This document shows, piece by piece, positions 57,141 to 64,000 of a DNA stretch of 64,000 bases. The notes beneath the pieces were generated by a model that ran no database searches, had not been told where the DNA came from, and saw only the letters and a list, made by a program, of their open reading frames with translations. The translations under genes and the position numbers were made by a program. The stretch's first letter is position 1; each line of letters begins with the position of its first letter. The DNA is from an uncultured Gemmatimonadales bacterium (GTDB lineage: Bacteria; Gemmatimonadota; Gemmatimonadetes; Longimicrobiales; Gaopeijiaceae). The stretch is from positions 64,001 through 128,000 of the forward strand of contig CAWELD010000010.1 of the NCBI GenBank assembly GCA_963809895.1, read 5' to 3'.

Positions 57141-59785
57141 CGCGCCGCGGCACCGGGGCACGCCGGCTTCTGAAGCTCGGGGTCCTCGTCTACCGCATTG
57201 CGCTGAGGCTCTACCCCCCTTCGTTCCGACGGGAGTGGGGCGGCGCCATGGTCCGTGTCTTCGTACGCCGGAGCTCGTCGGGCCTTCGTGCGCGCGGCAC
57301 CCGGGGATTGCTGATCTGGTGGAAAACGGCGGCGGCGGACACCGCGCGCTCGCTGGTTCGTGAATGGTGGGACGTCACAGGGGAGGTGGGGATGTGGGGA
57401 TCGCCGATGGGACTCGGCCGGGGGCTCCGGCAGGCGCTCAGGCGCTACTCCAGGACGCCGGCGTGGACGCTGGCGGCGCTGGCCACGCTGACCGTGGGCA
57501 TCGGAGCCACCACGGGGATGGTCTCGCTGGTCTGGGAGAGCCTGATTCGCCCGCTGCCCTTCCGGGCGCCGGACGAGCTCTTCGAGATCAGTCCCCGGAA
57601 CGTGGAGGGCGGTGAGGCCCGACGCTTCAGCCTGAATCTGGTGGAGACGTGGCAGGACGAGGGGGCCGGTGGAATCACACTTGCCGGCTTTTCGCCCACG
57701 GCCGCGCCCATGGATCTGGGCCGGGGGCCCGAGTACGTGTCCGGCGGATACGCCACCGGTAACCTGATGACGCTCCTGGGGGTGCGGCCGCTGCTGGGGC
57801 GCGTCTTCGAGCAGGCCGACGGACGAGAGGGTGCCAGCCCCGCGATGGTGCTCTCCCAGGAGCTGTGGCGCACGGATTTCGGCGCCGATCCCGGGGTGCT
57901 CGGTCGTACCCTCGAGGTGGGCTCCCGCGATGTGACGATCGTGGGCGTCGTGGGCCCGGAGCTCGCCACCCTGGTGCCCGACGCGCGCTTCTGGATGTCC
58001 ACGGCGACCTTCCCCAGATCCCCCGACATCACGGCCCTCCAGGCCGTCGGTCGGGCCAGCTCGGCCCCCGGCGTGGCGGCGCTCAACCAGCGACTGGCGG
58101 GGCTGCGGGTCACCGACGCCGCGGGGTCGGTCTTCTTCGGACGCGCCGAGCCTCTGCGTGATGCGCTGGTGCAGGACATGCGTACCGTACTGCTGGTCTT
58201 TCTGGCGGTGGTGGCGGGACTCCTGGTCATCGGCGTCGTCAACCTGTCCAACCTCTTCCTGGGGCGGGCCGTGACTCGCGACTCGGATCGGGCCATTCGC
58301 CGTGCCCTCGGCGCCAGCCGGGGACGCCTGGCGGTGGACGCGATCCTGGATGGCGCCGTGCTGGGCCTGTTGGGTGGTGGCGCGGGACTCCTGCTGGGCG
58401 GCTGGCTGCAACGCATCGTGGTCTCGAGCAGTCCCGCCCAGATTCCCGGGGTCGGCGTGGGGTCGGCGGGTCTGGTGCGGGGCCTGACCGCCGTCGGCCT
58501 GGCGGTGCTCCTGTGCGTGGGCCTGTCCTGGGCCACCGCGGCCCGCGGGTCCGGAGGGGCGGCGCGAAGCCTGGCCGGTAGCCGGCGCACCACCGGGGCC
58601 CGAGCCGTCCGCAACGTGCAGCGAGGGCTCACGGTGGTCCAGGTGGCGGCGACCTTCGTCCTCCTGGTGGGATCGGCCCTCCTGATCCGCACCTTCGCGC
58701 GACTCTCCAGCCGAGAGCCCGGATTCGACGCCGTGCGGACTGCGGGCCTGCGCCTGTCGCTGCCCGTCGAGGCCTATCCCGACACGGCGTCCTGGAAGGC
58801 CTTCACGCTGAGGCTGGTGGACGAAGTGACTGCCCTGCCCGGTGTGGAAGCGGCGTCCGCGGCGGACCGTCCGCTACTCAAGGGCCTCGCCATGACCCGG
58901 GTGGGCGTCGAAGGAGACGCGGCGCCGGACGGAGATGGTCCCATGGACGTGGTCATCGGAGCCCTCCCGGGATTCCTCGACGCCATGGGCATTCCCTTGC
59001 TCCGGGGCAGGGGCCTCGGGCCCGGCGACACCGAAGACGCGCCGCCGGTGGCCGTCGTCACCGAATCCTTCGTGGCGCGGCATTTTCCCGGCAGCGACGG
59101 GTTGGGACGCCGATTCAGGATGGGCAGCGGGCCCTGGATCAGCGTCGTGGGGGTGATTCCCGACCTGCGTGTCTCGGGTCCGGCGCTGCCTGCCGAGCCG
59201 GTCTTCGTCCAACCCATGGGCCAGGCCGACGCCTGGAACCACTTCATCTCCGTGGTCCTGCGCGCTCCGGGCGATCCCGCCTCGGCCCTGGACGCTGCCC
59301 GGACGCGGCTCCATGAGATCGAGCCGGGAGCCGCGGTCTACGAGATGGGGACCTACGCGCAGTGGCTCGATCAGTCGCCCACCTTCGCCGAGACCCGGTT
59401 CCGGGCTCTGGTGGTGGGTCTTCTGGGCGCGGTGGCACTGATCCTCGCCCTCATCGGGGTCTACGGCATCACGGCCTACTCGGTGCGCCGCCGCACCCGC
59501 GAGCTGGGGATTCGCCTGGCGCTGGGGGGAAGGCCGCGTCGAGTGCTGGCGGCCGTTCTGGGCGAGGGACTCCGCCTGGCCGTGGTGGGGATCGCCCTGG
59601 GTGCCCTGGTCGCGTGGCCGCTGGTCGGCGCCCTGGTGGGGCTGCTCGAGGGATTGCCGGCCCGGGATCCCCTGGTGTTCGGCGTGGTAGGAGCGATGTT
59701 GGCCACGGTCGCGGGCGTCGCCTGCCTGCGTCCCGCGCTGGCTGCGTCACGGGTGGCGCCGGTGGAGGCGCTCAGGGAGGAGTAG
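57137..59785 (+). CDS. Duplicated MacB-like ABC permease with prefix type 3
   Basis: GTGA overlap; YRIALRLYPPSFRREWG prefix; RELGIRLALG; SRVAPVEALREE. Confidence 0.93.
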   Translation: MTRRGTGARRLLKLGVLVYRIALRLYPPSFRREWGGAMVRVFVRRSSSGLRARGTRGLLIWWKTAAADTARSLVREWWDVTGEVGMWGSPMGLGRGLRQALRRYSRTPAWTLAALATLTVGIGATTGMVSLVWESLIRPLPFRAPDELFEISPRNVEGGEARRFSLNLVETWQDEGAGGITLAGFSPTAAPMDLGRGPEYVSGGYATGNLMTLLGVRPLLGRVFEQADGREGASPAMVLSQELWRTDFGADPGVLGRTLEVGSRDVTIVGVVGPELATLVPDARFWMSTATFPRSPDITALQAVGRASSAPGVAALNQRLAGLRVTDAAGSVFFGRAEPLRDALVQDMRTVLLVFLAVVAGLLVIGVVNLSNLFLGRAVTRDSDRAIRRALGASRGRLAVDAILDGAVLGLLGGGAGLLLGGWLQRIVVSSSPAQIPGVGVGSAGLVRGLTAVGLAVLLCVGLSWATAARGSGGAARSLAGSRRTTGARAVRNVQRGLTVVQVAATFVLLVGSALLIRTFARLSSREPGFDAVRTAGLRLSLPVEAYPDTASWKAFTLRLVDEVTALPGVEAASAADRPLLKGLAMTRVGVEGDAAPDGDGPMDVVIGALPGFLDAMGIPLLRGRGLGPGDTEDAPPVAVVTESFVARHFPGSDGLGRRFRMGSGPWISVVGVIPDLRVSGPALPAEPVFVQPMGQADAWNHFISVVLRAPGDPASALDAARTRLHEIEPGAAVYEMGTYAQWLDQSPTFAETRFRALVVGLLGAVALILALIGVYGITAYSVRRRTRELGIRLALGGRPRRVLAAVLGEGLRLAVVGIALGALVAWPLVGALVGLLEGLPARDPLVFGVVGAMLATVAGVACLRPALAASRVAPVEALREE

Positions 59786-59799
59786 GGGCGCGGAGCCCG

Positions 59800-62479
59800 T
59801 CAGGCCGCCGCGCCGGCCTCCCGCAGCCGCCGAGCATCCTCGCTCCTGCCCTGGGACTCGTACAGCTCGATGAGCGCCTCGCGGGCGCTGATGGCTATGG
59901 CGTCATCCGTGCCGCGTACCGAGGTAGCCTGGTCGAGTGTCTCCAGAAGCAGCGTCTCGGCGGCGCCCGGGTCGCCGTTGGCCATCCAGGAACGTGCGAG
60001 CGCGACGGAGGCGGCCTGGGTCTGGGGATGCTCCGGCCCCAGCGTTTCGGTGAAGGTGTCTCTCGCCCTGGTGTGGAGCGCCACGGCTTCTTCGATCCTG
60101 CCCTGGTCCCGAACGGCATTGCCGACGCGCATGAGGGCTCCGGCGTAGGCGGGGTGCTGCTCACCTACGATGCGCTCCGCCGCCGTCAGGCTCCGACGAG
60201 CCATGGCTTCCGCCTCCTCCGCCCGTCCCGCGTTGCGAAGCAGCGTGGCATAGTTCCCGAGCTCGATGGGGAACACCACGTTGTTGGCGGCCGCCTGCTC
60301 AAGCGTGCCGATGGCCTCGGCATAGATCGAGTCCGCCTCATCGGTGTGGCCGCGCCGGCCCCGCACGCCGGCGAGGCGGGCCTTCGTCGAGGCGGTCAGG
60401 AAGTGCGACGGACCCACCGTGGCGCCGAGCTTGGCCACGGCGTCGGTGGCGGCGCGGTCGGCGTCTTCGAGCCGGCCCGAACGATCGTACATCAGGGCCA
60501 GGTTGGACTCGGTGATCGCATAGTCGGGGCTGCCGGAGAGTCCTGCGCGCTCGAAGATCCCCAGGACTTCTTCGGTCGTTTCCGTGGCCCGAGCCTGGTC
60601 TCCGCGCAGCGCGTAGAGGGATCCCAGGGTGACGAGGGAGCGCGCAACCGTCGGGTCGTCCGGGCCGCCGAGCTCGAGGCGCGTCTCGTAGGAGGCACGG
60701 AGATAGGGCTCGGCCTCGTCCAGTTGTCGCGAGTCCATGAGGGCCCGACCCAGGAACTCCTGCCACTGCGCGGTGGTCTCCGAGCGCTCGTCGGTGACCT
60801 CGGTGGCCATCTCGAGGGCCTGACGGATCAGCGCCTCGCCACGCTGCCGGTCGCCGTGCTGATCCAGCGCAAAGCCCAACCGGCCCATGGCCTCGGCCAG
60901 GTCGACGGACGGGCCGAAGGCGGCCCGGCTCGCATCGACCGCATTCTCGAGCGTGGAGATGGCTTGATCGCCCCGGCCCAGGTTGAGGTAGACCCGGCCC
61001 AGCAGGTCCAGCATGCGGGCTCGGGCCTCGGGCTCGTCGGTGAGTGCGGTGTCGATCTTCGCCGCCGCCTCGTCGATGAAGTCGATCATGCGGACGCTGT
61101 CCGCGGCCACGCCGGCGCCGCGCACCGGATCGGGCGAAGTGATGAGGTCCTCGAGGAAACCGAAGGCTCGGTTGGCCGTGTCCCGCTGCCGGCGCGCGCT
61201 CCGGGCTTCGCTGGCCGCCACACCCGCGGCGGCGACCAGCGCGACGGCGACCAACCCGGCCACCGCCACGCCTGCCCGGTGCCTGCGGACGAAGGTGGTG
61301 GCGCGGTAGCCCAGCGAGTCGGGCCGCGCGGTGATGGGGAGGCCGGCGAGATGACGGTGGATGTCTTCGGAGAATGCCTCGGCCGAGGCGTAGCGATCCC
61401 CGGGCTCGGGGCGCAGGGCCTTCAGCACGATGCGGTCGAGGTCTCCCTTGAGCAACCGGCGCAGGTGTTGCGGGGTGCTCCCTCGGGCCTCACCCAGCGT
61501 GTCCGGACGCACCGTCTCGACGGTGCCGTCTCGCGACCGGCGCTCGTGGGGTCGGGTCACCACGGCGCTGGGGTTGCTCGGCGACCGCGTCACGCGCTCG
61601 CTCAACGCGGTGAGATCGCCGGGGGCCGCCTCGAACGGGCGTCGCCCCGTGAGGAGCTCGTAGAGCACGACCCCGAGCGAGTAGACGTCCGAGCCCGTAG
61701 TGAGCTCTTTGCCCTGAAGCTGCTCCGGCGACGCGTATTCCGGGGTGAGGGCTGCTGCCCGCGTGATGGTGGCGTCCGCGCCCGGCTTCGCCGCTCACGA
61801 GCTTGGCGATCCCGAAATCCAGTAGCCGCACCGAGCCCTCGCTGGTGACGAGGATGTTGGACGGCTTGAGATCCCGATGAATCACCAGGTTCTGATGCGC
61901 GAACTGCACCGCCGCGCACACCTGGCGGAAGAGCTCCAGACGCGCCTGAATGCCCAGGCGCCGGGCGTCGCAGTATCGGTCGATGCGCTCGCCCTCGACG
62001 TACTCCATGACCAGGTAGGGACGCCCGTCTTCCGCGCCGGCGTCGTACAAACGCGCGATGTTGGGATGCTCGAGTCCCGCCAGGATGCGGGCTTCGGACT
62101 CGAAGCGCTCGCGCACGGCCGGCGACCCGAACGCACCCTGCACGACCTTGAGCGCCACCGAGCGGTCGAAGCGACCGTCGGCGCGTTCGCCGAGGTAGAC
62201 GGCGCCCATACCGCCCCGACCGATCTCGCGGAGCACCCGATACGGGCCCAGGGTGCTCGGAGCCGCGGCCTCCTCCTCGAACATTCGACCCCAGTCGGAG
62301 CGGCCGCGCTGGAGCAGCTCCCGCGTCTCGGTGTCCGAGTCGAGCATGCGCACGACGACGCGGCGCAGCTCGACGTCGTCGCCGCACGCCTCGTCGAGCG
62401 CTCGCGTCCGCTCCCCCTCGTCGAGGTCGCAGACCCGTTCGAATACTCCCGCCGCCCGTGACCAGAGTTCCCCGTCCAT
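59800..62479 (-). CDS. Ser/Thr kinase + TM + TPR repeats; +1 frameshift at about 61781-61788
   Basis: [23 protein letters not shown]; after the shift [23 protein letters not shown]_12-like repeats. Confidence 0.9.
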
Positions 62480-62592
62480 TGCGTCGGCTCCTGCCGGTGT
62501 CGAGATGGCAACTTGCGCCGCGGGAGTGGGTCCGGGCAATCGTGCGACGTGAATGTTGCGGACCCGCGGGCGCCGGCCAGATGTTCAGGTGC

Positions 62593-63159
62593 ATGGAGCG
62601 TTCACCTCCCGATCCACCGACCTCGGACCTCATCCGGGCAGCCCGTTCGGGCGACCGCAGCGCGGTCGACCGCCTGTTCGCGCTCGCGTACGAGGAGCTC
62701 CGCAAGCTCGCCCACGTCCAGCGTGTCGGGGGCGCTCCGGCGACGCTGAATACCACGGCCCTGGTGCACGAGGCGTACTTCAAGCTCAGCCGCGACGCCG
62801 CCCTGGATGTCGCCGATCGATCCCACTTCACCTACATCGTGGCCCGGGCCATGCGTCAGGTGCTGGTGGATGCCGCCCGTCGCCGGAAGACGGAGAAGCG
62901 AGGTGGCGGAAAGGTCGTCGTGACGCTACAGGAGGCCGACGGCTCCACCGACGTCGAGGGCGACAGCATTCTCGCGCTGGAAGAGGCGCTGACCGACCTG
63001 GAGCGCGTCGATCCGCGGCGGGCGCAGATCGTCGAGTGCCGCTTCTTCGGCGGACTCTCGGTGGACGAGACCGCCGCGTCGCTGGGGATATCGGCACCCA
63101 CCGTGAAACGGGACTGGCGTGCGGCGCGGGCCTGGCTGGCGCAGGCGCTGGAGGCGTAG
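62593..63159 (+). CDS. ECF sigma factor, kinase-associated (TIGR02999-like) type
   Basis: YEELRKLA, LNTTALVHEAY, AMRQVLVDAAR, KRGG, TVKRDWR. Confidence 0.93.
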   Translation: MERSPPDPPTSDLIRAARSGDRSAVDRLFALAYEELRKLAHVQRVGGAPATLNTTALVHEAYFKLSRDAALDVADRSHFTYIVARAMRQVLVDAARRRKTEKRGGGKVVVTLQEADGSTDVEGDSILALEEALTDLERVDPRRAQIVECRFFGGLSVDETAASLGISAPTVKRDWRAARAWLAQALEA

Positions 63160-63204
63160 CGACCCGGCCGGGCTACTTCCTTCCGGACGGATGGGGTTCG
63201 TGGC

Positions 63205-63390
63205 TCAGCGGTCCGGATCCTCGTCGGGCACCACCGGACACACCCGGTGGATCGGCCGGCCGCCCCCCGAGTCGAAGGCCATGTTGTCCTTGGGGACAGG
63301 CTGTCCGCACTTGGCACAGGACTGCCCAGCTTCCACCGACCGTGCGGCCGGGTTCTCGCGTCCACCGAACAACTTGTCGAACAGTCCCAT
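63205..63390 (-). CDS. 61-aa putative zinc-binding microprotein
   Basis: RBS GGGAGA; MGLFDKLFG helix; CAKC...HRVC. Confidence 0.65.
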   Translation of the reverse strand: MGLFDKLFGGRENPAARSVEAGQSCAKCGQPVPKDNMAFDSGGGRPIHRVCPVVPDEDPDR

Positions 63391-63571
63391 GGTTCTCCCG
63401 GTGTGGAGGGGTACCGTGGAATGGTACGCTCGGGGGGCGGCCAGGCCAACTGTCGGTGCCGGCGGCTGCGCTCGATCCCGGGGCCGGCTCGTCACGGAGG
63501 TCGATGGGTGCGGGTATTGCGGTTAGGCTGCCCTTCAGCGCATGGTGGAGCGACATGATGCCATGATGAAC

Positions 63572-63599
63572 CGGTGGCTGAAGCGTTTCAGCTGAAACG
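63572..63599. repeat. parS-like palindrome copy 1
   Basis: CGGTGG-ct-GAAG-CGTTTCAGCTGAAACG. Confidence 0.65.
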
Positions 63600-63881
63600 T
63601 CTCCTGGTCGAAGAGGCGCTGCTCCGGGACTGCGGCGAGCGTCCGAGATCGGGCTTGACCAGAACGCAACCCACGTCGGCTCTCGCGGCGCCGATTTTGC
63701 CTCTTGTGGTGAATATTCGCCCCAATTGCAGCCCACGAACGGCCACCCGCCTCGGGCGGGCTGGATTGTGGTCGATAATTGTCTACAACGCTCGCTCAGG
63801 AGGATCGGGGCGAGCACTTGGGCGGCGTTCTGGTGAATCTGGAGCAGAGCGCGCCGGTTCCCGGGCCGGCGCCGCACTCCT

Positions 63882-63909
63882 CGGTGGTGGAAGCGTTTCA
63901 GCTGAAACG
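63882..63909. repeat. parS-like palindrome copy 2
   Basis: CGGTGG-tg-GAAG-CGTTTCAGCTGAAACG, 310 bp from copy 1. Confidence 0.65.
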
Positions 63910-64000
63910 CGTTCCCGTAACGGTTTCCGGACCCACAGCGAATGGTGAAGGGCCGACGACCCGACCTTCACCTGTTGAAGAACCCTCCATGCGACCCGCA

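Noticed and set aside
63574..63948. 124-aa ORF between the palindromes
   Set aside because: No recognisable motifs and atypical composition; the region is better explained as non-coding
1..64000. tRNA/rRNA, prophage, IS or defence genes
   Set aside because: No recognisable signatures by eye; a tRNAscan/Infernal/DefenseFinder run would be needed to exclude them fully

Overview
High-GC (about 70%) bacterial chromosomal segment with about 47 CDSs and no rRNA, tRNA, cas, integrase or transposase genes. The gene content suggests Gemmatimonadota (Longimicrobiales-like), by inference only. It includes PadR + duplicated orphan MacB-like permeases, 6-bladed propeller lipoproteins, carboxypeptidase-regulatory/plug proteins and kinase-TolB/TPR fusions. 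Contents in order: a copper-protein cluster; four PadR-permease pairs plus one permease without PadR; a Leu/Phe-dehydrogenase + MocR locus; a FecI/FecR/TonB-receptor trio; asnB; M20, GH31, GH29 and glycosylasparaginase-family hydrolases; a PP2C + Ser/Thr kinase operon; ada; an APC-USP transporter; and a divergent kinase/ECF-sigma pair. Seven single-base frameshifts, mostly in homopolymers, look like long-read assembly errors. Most notable: (1) an apparent matched code of PadR subtype, permease N-terminal prefix type and operator palindrome, with the PadR-less permease lacking a prefix; (2) two copies of a parS-like palindrome with an inverted centre (CGTTTCAGCTGAAACG); (3) a beta-barrel-Met-linker-cupredoxin fusion; (4) barrel-less TonB-plug proteins; (5) a MocR regulon visible from shared boxes; (6) two intergenic palindromic repeat elements with about 62-bp spacing.
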